This document shows positions 1 to 11,300 of a DNA stretch of 64,000 bases, in pieces (the stretch's first letter is position 1; every line of letters begins with the position of its first letter). Under the pieces are notes generated by a model that saw only the letters and a program-made list of their open reading frames with translations, searched no databases and had not been told where the DNA came from. This DNA comes from Candidatus Heimdallarchaeum endolithica (GTDB taxonomy: Archaea; Asgardarchaeota; Heimdallarchaeia; Heimdallarchaeales; Heimdallarchaeaceae). The stretch is taken from positions 320,001 to 384,000 of the forward strand of contig CP084167.1 in NCBI GenBank assembly GCA_021513715.1. Direction: 5' to 3'. Both the position numbers and the translations under genes were made by a program.

Positions 1-120
1 ATCCCTTTTAACATCATTTTTCTTAAAATCACCAAATAAAGCTTCTAAGAAAGTTGTTTTTCCACTACCTGTTGTCCCTAGTATTGTTATTTTTTTCATC
101 TGAGTAGGTACCATCAACAT
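1..120 (-). CDS. Small P-loop GTPase, N-terminal part (runs off window start)
   Basis: Manual translation MLMVPTQMKKITILGTTGSGKTTFLEALFGD...; G1 motif GxxGxGKT follows a hydrophobic strand; GGGGG RBS-like run upstream. Not in the ORF track. Confidence 0.75.
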   Translation of the reverse strand, partial: MLMVPTQMKKITILGTTGSGKTTFLEALFGDFKKNDVKRD

Positions 121-311
121 TCTTAAACCCCCAAGTTAGAGACCTTTTAGTGGTCTATCACTCTAACTATCGTATGGCTTTTTATAAGATAATTGGTAAT
201 TCTATCAGCAAAAATGAAGAAAATGAATAATTAGCCGACAAAAACAAAGAAAAACGAATTTATAAAAATTTAAATTTTTAATTTTAAAAAATAAAAAAAA
301 GAAAAAATTGG

Positions 312-3300
312 TTAAATTTTATTTTTTCTAAAGACTACAGTGATTATAGTCACCATCACACTCATCATTATTATAATTGGTGCGCTTAATCTTGTTAGTC
401 TCTCTGCTGATATGCCAATATGCTCTTCTACTGAAGAAGCACCAGAAGAGGATATTTCTATTCCTCTGCTATAAAATGAAGTTCCATCGAAGAATGCAAT
501 TGAGTCATATGCAGAGTCAGAAGAAGACCAAGTTCCTACCCAAAGAACTTGTTTCATAAAAGTACTTGTAGCATATAAGACTTCAGCAGTTGTTCCGTTG
601 ATATAGAATGTTCTATGGTAATCTGTAACTTGTAAGAAGCTTCCTAAAGCTTCATCGTTTACTACATGAAGATATTTAGCAACAAAAGAATTATGTCTGT
701 GATACCATAATTTATAGCTACCAACATCATCAAAAGCATAAATACCTGTTCCTTTTTGTGAAACAAATACCTTTGCATGCTCAGGGTTAGTTGAGCTTTC
801 AAAATATCCTACAGCGATAGATAAAATGTCATTGTCATTTACTAAAGTATAATGCCATTTTTCAAAAGCAATATTAAGGTCATAACAGAAGAACGCTTCA
901 CCAAACTGATAATAAACAAATTTGAAACCCAATCCTTTCTTCAGTTCTCCTAAAGCAGTGAAACCTGCAGGGCCATCTTCTACAATTTTATCAAACAATA
1001 GTCCTTTTAGATCATAAGCATAGATGTACGCATCAAAGCTTGTAACTACAAAAAGTAATCCATCTTCATAGGTTGATGTATCAAGTAATTTACCAGCATT
1101 TATTTGATCTGGTCTATGAGAACCTTGGTAAATGGGTGAGAATAACTCTTCTCCTTTGTAAGTCCATGCTCCTACATACCATGCTTTCTTTGTAAAGTCA
1201 TAGAAACCTAAGAAGAACACATCGTCATCGATATCCAAGTAAGCATAGGAAGCGATATCACCTACGTAGCTTGACATATCTAGTATTTCTGTATAAGCCA
1301 TATCTCTCAGGTCTAGCCTTCCAACTTTATATTCAGAAGTAACTATATAGATTGTATCATAATTAGCTGAATCAGATAAATTAGCTTTGAAAGCATAAAG
1401 AACACTCCCATTAGTAGGAATAGTATATTCTTCAATATATTCACCTTTGATTGGATTATAGATGAACGATTCATTTCCATTTTGTATATAGAATATTTCT
1501 ACATACTCATCATCGTTTAGATTATCATAAATAATGGTATCAGGGTTAATATTCTTTCCTGCTTTAAGCATTTGGTCAAAAGGTAATTTAGTTATAACAT
1601 CATGCTCATAAATTTGTTCTGTTTCGTTTATTTGAACAAGATAAATTTTTTCGGCATCATTGTCTGCAGCTAAGACTGCAGGTTTTGAATCAACTGTTGT
1701 TGGTACTAATGCATTATCGTATAAGAATCCACTATTTGTGTCGTAGTAGTAACCTAAAAATCCACCATTCTTTACATTTAAGAAAATTATTCCCTGATAA
1801 TCTGTTCTAGAGTTAGCTAAATAGAGAATTGGAACTTCTCCTTCTGTTTCACTAACTTCCAAGTCATAGATATTCTGGCTAGGTATATTACTCCAAGTCA
1901 CATTTCCATCTTTTCCATCAAGAGCTGTAACTTTATAATTTTGTCCTGAAGAAGTAATTAAGTCCTTTATTCCATCATCATTTATGTCAAATACTACTGC
2001 ATCCCAAGAATAAGCATAATTGTAAGCTTTCCAATATTCTGTTCCATTAGCATCGAGCAATTTTACTCCTTGACCATAGGCATATATTTCTGAATCTCCA
2101 TCTCCGTTAATATCATCCACTATTAGTCTTGCGCCCCATGCTCCTCCAGCATAGTAAGAGTTAACTTCCCACAATTGATCTGATGTAGATGAAGAGAGAT
2201 TATAAGCAGTTATTTTTCCGTGTAATATCCAAATGAAGCCCATATACTCTATCCAATGATAAGAAACTATGAGATAATCTTCACCTTGTTCATGAGCTAC
2301 TTCTATTTCTTGAACATATCTTTCAGTGTCGTAAGTTATATCCTCTAGAAGAGAACCATTATAGCCATCAAAGAGATAAATGTGTCCTTTTGTGTCTCCT
2401 AAAATAGCAATATCCATTGTATTGTCTTTGGTATAGTTAAGCATTGTTGCTGTTGGAACTAATACATAACTTCCCTCACCTAAAACGATAGAAGATATTA
2501 CATTTCCAGTTTTCTTATCAATCCACAAGGTTGTACCATTACTATTTACGAAAATTATTGCACTACTGCCCTGATAGATTGATTCTTCAACGTACCAATT
2601 GGGAGAAGCTGAACTATCTTCTAAAGTCCAAAGTGTTGTAAGGTTATTTAAAACAGCATACATTTTTCCACTATCATAGTAAGCAATTATATCATTTGTT
2701 CCATCATCATTTAGATCAGTTTTTATTCTTGTTAGAACATCACCTGCTCCAGTTAAACTTACAGTAGTTGTCTGAAGTTTGTGTATATCTGCTTTAGGCA
2801 GATGTATATTTACAACATCATAAACATAAATATCCTCTCCTTGAACACTGTAAATTAACTCTTGAAAACCGTTACCATTTGTATCAAACATTGTAACATC
2901 AGATACTGGATTATCATGTTCTGGACTATACCATTTACTTGTGTACAATCGTTTTTGATTCCTTGTGTTTAACAACTCAAACATTTCTGCTCTATTACCA
3001 TCAGCAACCATAACCTCTTGTCTACCATCTCCGTCAGAGTCTCCAACAGCAAGATCTGTTACAGTATTTAATCCTACAAAACTTGTAAAGTTTAAAGGAT
3101 ATACTTGACTTATATAGTCGTTATAATAATATATATAGAAGAATGGGAAAATATAGTGTACGATAGTTGCATCAAATTTTGTTAGTAAAATAAATCTACC
3201 ATCATAAGTTGGAGCAACTTTTGGAGCTCTAAAACCTAGATCATATACGCCCCAACCAGTAGTAAATCCTTCTATTCTTGGATATGGGTTTGATTTAGTT

Positions 3301-6300
3301 GGTGGAATAATGTACTCTGGATACTCTGCAAGGATATCTGGGTCAGACCAATGTATTCCATCATCAGAAGCCATTCCATAGGATAAAGTCATTGCTTTTT
3401 GTAGTCCAGATGAATCAAATGTTAGAAGTCTAGAAAAAGCATCATTGTGAACAAAAGTTATACTTGGGGTATGTTCTACAGAAAATGATGTAAATAGCTT
3501 TCTTGGTTCAAGGATCAACCCATAAGTTGAATTGAATTCACAGTACCATATATCATAATCATCTTTATCTTCAACATACTTCTTTGCACTAAAAGCAGCC
3601 GCATATACTCCACTATTATCAGGTTTCGAATCAACATCAACTCCATTAAACATGAAGTCATCAAAACCTTCGATTTTTGTTTGAGGTATTACTGTTCCAT
3701 TGTCAAATAGTCCTCCGTAGTATAATTCTGAATAAGTGTTATTTGGTCTAAAAATATACACCAAACCTATTGAATTAGGTCCTGTTGGGAATATTGCAGG
3801 AGAGTAAATAGGATTTTTTGAACCTTCTTCGATATATTCTGATACTAGTACTTTTGCAGGTACCCAATTAGCTCCGTAGTCATCAGACCTATACAAAACA
3901 ACACCAAACATTGAGCCTAAACCTACGCTATAAAGCTTACAAGAGACCGCTAACCAAAGAGAGAAGTTACTTGTCTGTGTAAGAGAGGGGAAGAATAAAC
4001 TTATGTATCCTCCAGAATACCAATAAGCAATAAGTTTGCTCGATAACCAATTTTCTCCATCATGGCTTACTTTTTGGTATATTGCATATGCACTCATGGT
4101 ATCATTATACTCACTAAAAACAGAAATGAATGAATGGTTATTTGAACCACCGCTATAAACTATCTGTCTAACATCGTGAGATCTCTGTTTTCTATAATCA
4201 TAGTCTCCGTTGTAGCTATTTTTTCCAAATAGTGAATGAGCTTCCATTTGTGGATAATTCATGTGACCTGTAATTAGACCCTCTTGAGTGAAACTAGTTG
4301 TTGCTCCTCCATCAAATTCGTAAATACTTACACCTTTACTTCCGCCGATGATTAATTCTTTTAGTCCATCATAGTCTTGATCAGTTATTTGTAAGTCTGT
4401 GATTATGTTTTTACTTACTAACTCAGTGGGTCCCTGCCAGATTATTTTATACCCTAGATCAACACTTTCAATCATCACTATAAATCCTTCCTCATAATCA
4501 AGAAGGTCAACGTCTACAGAACCGTAAATGAAAAGTTCTTCTTTTCCATTTTCATTAATGTCAGAACATAACATTCCATTTATTGTAATGTTATCAAACA
4601 CTCTAGCATTCCCTAAAATGTTATAGTGTCCTGTTTCAGGGTCATCAGATGCTACATTACCAAACAGTTCATAGAGTGTTCCAGAGTAAGGTTCATAAAC
4701 AAACACTTGTCTTTCAAAAGCTATAATAAACTCTCCATAACCATCTAAATCTAAATCTTTTGCCCATGTTAAACCAGAAGGTGTAAGTAATCCATTTTCT
4801 TTTAGGTATTCTCCTGCTGGACTTCGTAGAACATCCAATCTATACATGTAAGAGTATGTATCATCTATTCCTGTATCTTCAAAAACATACAGAACTGTTC
4901 CTGCAAGAGCAGCTAACTCAAGATAACCGTCTCCATCGCTATCTGCATTCACAAGTAAGTAACTCACATGGTTCCAAATTGTTTGATTAAACTCTCCTTC
5001 ATATCCTCCAAATTTATCCCAGCTATAAGGTGTTTCATCAGTTGGAACATACTGAAGCATATCGGGAGACCTGAATGCACGTTTGTAAGTATTATTGGTC
5101 ATATGTTCAAAGATGTATACATTACTGTCATAGTCACCTACTATAATTTCTCCTTTTCCATCTTGGTCTAAATCTCCAGAATCTACAGTCAAAGTCCAGT
5201 TATAGAGATCTATTGCTGTTGTCCAGCTTACTATAGCTCTAAAACCAAAATTCCTCCACTTAAACAAAGTTCCATAATCTTCAGATTTGAAGGTGTTTAC
5301 TTCGATTCTAGAAACTGTAGGATTAGAAGCTACCATGAAACTAGTTTGAATTTGATTTGATATGTAGAAATAGACAAAATCTCCATTTCTATCATCAATC
5401 ATTATATATCCATAGTACTTGTTATAGTAGTTCTTTCCTGTATAGTGCTCCAATAATAGAGTAGTGTACTCATCATATTCGGAATACTTTATCCACAAAG
5501 GTCTAGTAAAGTTATAGACATTTATAGTTGCTTCTTCATCAAAATTGTTAACTAATTCTTTCCTTTCTTCCCATTTAGGAGCAAGAGCTGTTCCGTAATT
5601 ATCAAAATAAGTTGCTCCTACTCTATTTGAATAGCCTATCGATAAGTCATAAATTCCGTCCATTTCAAACTCTACGAACTGGGGATGAAGGAATTGCCTT
5701 CTCCTTTTAACTTCGTTAATATCTTTAAAGTAATCAGAATCTAGAACATATTCAGGGTCTTCTGGAGTTCCAGTATTCCAAAGGAGATAAAGATTCTCGA
5801 TGCACACAACAATGTCAACATCTCCATCTCCATCAATATCTTCACCTTCTGCTGAAGGAACTGATTGTGCGCTTTTTAGTATCTCACGAAGTTGGCCTGT
5901 CGCTTCCAATCTATAAAGAGAATCATATTTCTCATATGTTGAAGATTCTTGCCTCCAAATAATAATATCTGCGGGAAGAACACTTGTAGTATCATCTTCA
6001 AAGTCATCGTACTGATTAGAAAGAGTTGGGTCGAAATGACCAATGAGTAGTTCTTCTTGAGGATAGTTTGTATCTATTTCTACTGCTCCTATCGATATAT
6101 TTCCTGTATAAGTTGCATATCCATTAATGGAAGAGAAATATTGAGTTGTTTGCGCAGCATCATAGTTAAAGTCATTGTCAAAATAATAAACATCACCATC
6201 ACCTGCTGTTATCGCAAATTCACCAGTAACAGGTGAATCTCCATCAATATTGAGCAGAGTATAATCAAATACCACTTGAGAAATTTGGCTTCCAGGTGAT

Positions 6301-8309
6301 GGATTATATCTCATTTTGTAATCAGTACCTAAATCAGTATATCCATAAATCATGGGCATAGAGCCTAGATTCTTAACTTGCTCGATATCCCAGATATTTA
6401 TTCCAACAGTAAATCTGTCATCAACCCAACTATCCCAAGATAAAACAAATGAGTCTGAACTTACATCATACTTGAAAGCTACAAGACGACCATCTACTGT
6501 TCCTAGAATTGCATGAATGACTTCTTCATTGGTGTCTCTGCTAGTCATTAAAGTTCCTACTTCTGCGCTTAAAGCTGTTGAAACTGTTTGGTAAACGTAA
6601 GGTAACTCAATAGATTGCAAGTTATAATCTTTAGTAGAATTAGATATTACTGTTACATTAATATATCTGAAATAATTCCATTTATTTTCTATTAAAATTG
6701 GGTCAACATTAATTCTGAGATATTTTGTTTCTGAAGCAACATTAAATGAGTTAATAAGTGATGGATCAACAGTTACCCAATGTTCATAGTCTGGAGAGAT
6801 AGAAATGATAAAATCATCTTTAGTTATATAATCAAATAGTGATGTATTGAATTTTAGTAATATATCTGCAGCATCATTTCCATTCCCTGTTCCTTCTTCA
6901 TCTGCTCCAAAATCGTACACTTCCCACGCAGAGTGAGTAATATTAGATTCAAAATGAGTGTAACAAGTATCGTTATCTTGCGCAGCACCAGTATTATAAG
7001 GATAGTTGCCTTTAATAAAAGCAGGATTACTTTGCAAAATGGGTTCTTCAACAGTTGTTCCTAGATAATTTATTATATCTTGGAAGTAAACATTTTGTCC
7101 TTCAGTTCCATTGTCTACAAAATGATCAGCAGGATAAAAGTCTTTCAAAGTCCAAGATTCAAAATCTTTTATCAGTTTCTGTAAATAATAGCCTTTATAA
7201 TCATCATACCTTAGAATGTATCCATTAAAAGCAAAGGAAGCTATTACTACTTCATCTCCTGGAGAGTTATCTAGATTACCTATATCCATAGAGTAAATTG
7301 GTCTCCAAATTGACTCATTATCAGCATAAATTAATTTGTAACTATTATCTTGGGCAAGAGGATAAGGTTGTCCTTGGATATCTAAAATAGTTCCATTATT
7401 TTCGAAAACTAGAATAGCTCCTTCTCTCGTTCCCACAACAAAGTCTGGAAGACCATTATAGTTTGTATCTCCAACAACTAAAGAAGACAAATGATAACCT
7501 GTATCATGACTTTGCCATTTTTCTCTATATGTAATCCAATGTTCTGAATTGAATGGATATCCAGAGTGTAACCAATATTCATAAACATGTACTTTGTGAT
7601 CCCAACTTACGACAATTATATCGTCTAGATGATCTAAATCTGTATCATTAACTTCTACACCCCACACTTGACCTAAATAAGGACTAGTATATACAAGATC
7701 AAATCTATTTTCTGTATTTGTTACTGGATCATAAATGTGTTCTTGTTCAAATACGTAGAAATACCCATCAGAAGAACTTGCAATAATTTCTAAGAAATCG
7801 TTATTATCAGTATCTCCAAAATCAACATCTATTACATCTCCTTTAATTTCTGTATCTCCACTCACCCAAACTTTTGCATATTGGTTAATATCTGGATTCC
7901 ATCGATAAACTTGAACTTCATTGTCAAAGAGATAACCTCCTCCTACTGCCATAAATTCATAATCATCAGAAATAGTTATACATCTAACAGCAGCCTGAGA
8001 TTTCCATGGTTGATATGTTTGTTGATATTCATTGGGATTATCAGCCAATAATCTGCTTAAATCCAAATCAGGATCAATTATTTGCTGATCAACTGAAGCA
8101 AGGTTAGCACCATTATTTTCTCCATAAACTTGTTGCATCAGTTGTTTAGCATCTTCTAAACTTATAGTATCTGGTAAAGAATGGGTAGAATTGTTTTCAG
8201 CGTTAGTAAACGATGAATTTGGTATCCCTACTAGTAGAGAACTAATCATTATAGCTAATAAAGAAAGGAGTAATCCTTTCTTCCAAATTATATTACTTTT
8301 TTTGTGCAT
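312..8309 (-). CDS. Giant membrane-anchored surface protein with FG-GAP/VCBS-like beta-propellers and BNR/Asp-box repeats
   Basis: 2665 aa. N-terminal signal peptide; many GDxDxDGxxE/D motifs; Asp-boxes SHDGENW, RSDDYGANW, ASDDGIHW; PQQ-like W repeats; C-terminal TM plus basic tail. Confidence 0.8.
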   Translation of the reverse strand: MHKKSNIIWKKGLLLSLLAIMISSLLVGIPNSSFTNAENNSTHSLPDTISLEDAKQLMQQVYGENNGANLASVDQQIIDPDLDLSRLLADNPNEYQQTYQPWKSQAAVRCITISDDYEFMAVGGGYLFDNEVQVYRWNPDINQYAKVWVSGDTEIKGDVIDVDFGDTDNNDFLEIIASSSDGYFYVFEQEHIYDPVTNTENRFDLVYTSPYLGQVWGVEVNDTDLDHLDDIIVVSWDHKVHVYEYWLHSGYPFNSEHWITYREKWQSHDTGYHLSSLVVGDTNYNGLPDFVVGTREGAILVFENNGTILDIQGQPYPLAQDNSYKLIYADNESIWRPIYSMDIGNLDNSPGDEVVIASFAFNGYILRYDDYKGYYLQKLIKDFESWTLKDFYPADHFVDNGTEGQNVYFQDIINYLGTTVEEPILQSNPAFIKGNYPYNTGAAQDNDTCYTHFESNITHSAWEVYDFGADEEGTGNGNDAADILLKFNTSLFDYITKDDFIISISPDYEHWVTVDPSLINSFNVASETKYLRINVDPILIENKWNYFRYINVTVISNSTKDYNLQSIELPYVYQTVSTALSAEVGTLMTSRDTNEEVIHAILGTVDGRLVAFKYDVSSDSFVLSWDSWVDDRFTVGINIWDIEQVKNLGSMPMIYGYTDLGTDYKMRYNPSPGSQISQVVFDYTLLNIDGDSPVTGEFAITAGDGDVYYFDNDFNYDAAQTTQYFSSINGYATYTGNISIGAVEIDTNYPQEELLIGHFDPTLSNQYDDFEDDTTSVLPADIIIWRQESSTYEKYDSLYRLEATGQLREILKSAQSVPSAEGEDIDGDGDVDIVVCIENLYLLWNTGTPEDPEYVLDSDYFKDINEVKRRRQFLHPQFVEFEMDGIYDLSIGYSNRVGATYFDNYGTALAPKWEERKELVNNFDEEATINVYNFTRPLWIKYSEYDEYTTLLLEHYTGKNYYNKYYGYIMIDDRNGDFVYFYISNQIQTSFMVASNPTVSRIEVNTFKSEDYGTLFKWRNFGFRAIVSWTTAIDLYNWTLTVDSGDLDQDGKGEIIVGDYDSNVYIFEHMTNNTYKRAFRSPDMLQYVPTDETPYSWDKFGGYEGEFNQTIWNHVSYLLVNADSDGDGYLELAALAGTVLYVFEDTGIDDTYSYMYRLDVLRSPAGEYLKENGLLTPSGLTWAKDLDLDGYGEFIIAFERQVFVYEPYSGTLYELFGNVASDDPETGHYNILGNARVFDNITINGMLCSDINENGKEELFIYGSVDVDLLDYEEGFIVMIESVDLGYKIIWQGPTELVSKNIITDLQITDQDYDGLKELIIGGSKGVSIYEFDGGATTSFTQEGLITGHMNYPQMEAHSLFGKNSYNGDYDYRKQRSHDVRQIVYSGGSNNHSFISVFSEYNDTMSAYAIYQKVSHDGENWLSSKLIAYWYSGGYISLFFPSLTQTSNFSLWLAVSCKLYSVGLGSMFGVVLYRSDDYGANWVPAKVLVSEYIEEGSKNPIYSPAIFPTGPNSIGLVYIFRPNNTYSELYYGGLFDNGTVIPQTKIEGFDDFMFNGVDVDSKPDNSGVYAAAFSAKKYVEDKDDYDIWYCEFNSTYGLILEPRKLFTSFSVEHTPSITFVHNDAFSRLLTFDSSGLQKAMTLSYGMASDDGIHWSDPDILAEYPEYIIPPTKSNPYPRIEGFTTGWGVYDLGFRAPKVAPTYDGRFILLTKFDATIVHYIFPFFYIYYYNDYISQVYPLNFTSFVGLNTVTDLAVGDSDGDGRQEVMVADGNRAEMFELLNTRNQKRLYTSKWYSPEHDNPVSDVTMFDTNGNGFQELIYSVQGEDIYVYDVVNIHLPKADIHKLQTTTVSLTGAGDVLTRIKTDLNDDGTNDIIAYYDSGKMYAVLNNLTTLWTLEDSSASPNWYVEESIYQGSSAIIFVNSNGTTLWIDKKTGNVISSIVLGEGSYVLVPTATMLNYTKDNTMDIAILGDTKGHIYLFDGYNGSLLEDITYDTERYVQEIEVAHEQGEDYLIVSYHWIEYMGFIWILHGKITAYNLSSSTSDQLWEVNSYYAGGAWGARLIVDDINGDGDSEIYAYGQGVKLLDANGTEYWKAYNYAYSWDAVVFDINDDGIKDLITSSGQNYKVTALDGKDGNVTWSNIPSQNIYDLEVSETEGEVPILYLANSRTDYQGIIFLNVKNGGFLGYYYDTNSGFLYDNALVPTTVDSKPAVLAADNDAEKIYLVQINETEQIYEHDVITKLPFDQMLKAGKNINPDTIIYDNLNDDEYVEIFYIQNGNESFIYNPIKGEYIEEYTIPTNGSVLYAFKANLSDSANYDTIYIVTSEYKVGRLDLRDMAYTEILDMSSYVGDIASYAYLDIDDDVFFLGFYDFTKKAWYVGAWTYKGEELFSPIYQGSHRPDQINAGKLLDTSTYEDGLLFVVTSFDAYIYAYDLKGLLFDKIVEDGPAGFTALGELKKGLGFKFVYYQFGEAFFCYDLNIAFEKWHYTLVNDNDILSIAVGYFESSTNPEHAKVFVSQKGTGIYAFDDVGSYKLWYHRHNSFVAKYLHVVNDEALGSFLQVTDYHRTFYINGTTAEVLYATSTFMKQVLWVGTWSSSDSAYDSIAFFDGTSFYSRGIEISSSGASSVEEHIGISAERLTRLSAPIIIMMSVMVTIITVVFRKNKI

Positions 8310-11300
8310 TATGAAGCACCTCCTCTTTTAAAAATATTCTTCAAGAATCGCAGTTTTCCTGCTCTTCCTGCGTAAACAGTCAAAGTTGAAGCAACGCCTA
8401 CAGCTACTCCCCCTCCTATTCCTGCAAAGACCCAAGGTAAGGAGACTACTGGACTCCCTTCAACGTAAAATGTTCGTTCTATTAACGAAACATTTCCATC
8501 AGGTTTTGTCACATAAAATCTCACAATATAGTCTCCTGGCCCTATATAATCTCCTTGCGTTATCCATGTTCTAGAGATACCGTCATAGGACATCGTCATA
8601 TTATCTCCAAAATCATGTTTATTTTTCTTAATTTGATATTGGACACCTATCAACTCTGTCACATTATAGAGAATAAAAGTATAGTTTGAAGGAGAGTAAA
8701 TTCCACCTTCTATCGGCGAGATAACTAGTACTCCGGCTTCAAGCATATCTTGATTTGCAGAGAGAGCTGCTATGAATTCTTCTTCTGTAGTATATGTGAG
8801 AGGGTCAAGTCCTAACATGACTTCTAACCCATCGCTATAAGTATCATTATCTGTATCCCAATTTGTAGGATCAGTACCATGAACATATACTTCAGCCCCA
8901 TCCATCAAACCGTCTCTGTCGCTATCTGGTTGAGTAACACCTCCTCCTGCAACATAACTGGTGTTGTAAATAAAGAACTCCAAACCATCTTCTAGGCCAT
9001 CATGATCCCAATCCATCAGTAAACCATCCACTTTTCCTGAATTTGCATCAATCTCGTAGGCGTTATTAGGATTAGAACCGTAAAGTAGTAACTCTGGGCC
9101 ATCAGGCAGCAAATCATCATCACAATCAGGGTCATTAGGATCAAGCAGATAACCAGGATGTTCAAAACCAGCGTACCATTCTTCCCAATCTGTCAGATAA
9201 TCGTTATCAGTATCTGAACTCAGAGGGTTCGTAAACATTACATTTAGCTCTGACCAATCGTCTAACCCATCTCCGTCTGTATCCATCATATCTGGTTTAG
9301 TTCCATATTCATAAACTTCTTCTCCATCCAAAAGTCCATCATTATCAGAGTCTGGATCTACAGGTGAAGTATTGTAAGGTTGTGTGATAATGAAACTGAC
9401 ATAAGGATAAATGATGTTAGAAACGTTTGCAATATGATATTCATTTGCATCATATATTCCATCTCCATCAGTATCATTACATAATGGATCCAATGGCACT
9501 GGAGTAAAGTTGTAAATTAAACCAGAACCAAGATATAATTCAAAAGAATCATGTATTCCATCTCCATCAGTATCACTTGTCAATGGGTCAGTTCCATAAA
9601 TTAACACTTCATCTCCGTCAGAAAGTGGGAAGGTATAATTTCCATCTTCGTTAGGATAGGTAATTGAATCATTGTCTGAGTCCCAATTCAATGGGTCAGT
9701 GTATATACCATATTCATCTAAAACTTCCATAGCATCACTCAAACCATCATCATCTGTATCGTAATCTCTAGGATTGGTAAAGTAGTAAAATATCTCTTCC
9801 CAGTCTGTTAGACCGTCGTTATCCATATCTTCATCCATCGGGTCTGAACCGTAAACTAATACCTCCATTCCATCATCTATCCCATCACCATCACTATCTA
9901 CAGCAAGAGGATTAGTATGGAATAAATATACTTCTTCTCCATCCAAAAGTCCATCATGATCTGTATCTTCATAAGCAGGATTGGTTCCAAACTTGAAGAA
10001 TTCTTCACCATCTAAGATACCATCCATATCACTATCAGGATTTAATGGATCTGAACCTAGTAGAATGTCTTGAAGATCGCCTAACCCATCTCCATCAGTA
10101 TCAGGATTTCGAGGATCTGTATGGTTACTAATCTTGTTACCCCAACCCTCTAAACCATCAATTAATCCATCATCATCCATATCAGCATCATTTGGATCTG
10201 TCGGTGGATCTAACCAAAGTTCATAACCATCAGACTTTAGGAAAAAGTCAAGCGGAGCCCCATCACCTCTCCACGATTTATCCATTACTGCTGAATCACC
10301 ATCAGTATCTGGGTTTATTGGGTTCGTTCTAACTACTCTTCCCATTAATTCATCGTCTTCGATAAATATAACCCATTGACCTTCGATCTCAACTTTATCA
10401 GACATATAGATTAAGAACTGACGATCTGGAGCTATGGTTCCATTTGCTAATTGTTTATAAGAATCGTCATCGGTATCATTATCCAATGGATGAGTATAGC
10501 CTTGATTATAGAATATTGGATAGGGATCCCAACTTGGGTCTGAAGTATTATACAACTCTGGTCCATAATAAGCTCCAAATTCTCCTTCTTGTCCATCTAG
10601 TAGACCATCTCCATCAGTATCAGGATTAAGAGGATCAGTATGATCTTTATACTCTACTCCTCCAATTGTAACGAATTTTACACTTGGAGTTATTCCACTA
10701 ATATTCCATGCAGTATTTACTTCGTAATAGTCATCTAATTGATCACCATCTGTGTCTTGGGCATTTGGATCAGTTCCATAGATAACAACTTCTTCATAAT
10801 CAGTTAATCCATCATAGTCGCTATCTATTTGTAAGGGATTGGTTTTCAAGACTTCATATTCCATATAGTCATCTAGACCATCATCGTCTGAATCTGCAAT
10901 GATAGGATCAGTTTTACTTGTTTTCACTTCGAATTGGTCTGATAAACCATCTCCATCACTATCATCGCTGTCTACTTTCATTCCTGGAACTCCTAACTCA
11001 TATGAATCAGGCAACCCATCCCCATCCGCATCCAAGCCGCTCATTTCGTCTTTCGTACTTTCATCATCAGGTCCACCTGCCAGATAAATAGGATCTGGAC
11101 CCCATGACACTGATCTTGTCCAGTCGACGAACAAGAACGTCAGTTTCACCGCCACAGTGAACTCTATCTCGAGTATCACCTGCAGCGGTGCGTCCGCCAA
11201 GAAGTCCTGTATAAACGTCAGCGTCACTACAAATCCTATCGTTATTTTTATACCAACTATTACCAAATCGATATCGATAATTACAGAAACACCTATTCCT

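Noticed and set aside
8800-11050. Periodic CCATC-rich repeats as a CRISPR array or DNA repeat
   Set aside because: They are degenerate coding repeats (DxDxDG), not identical repeats with spacers.
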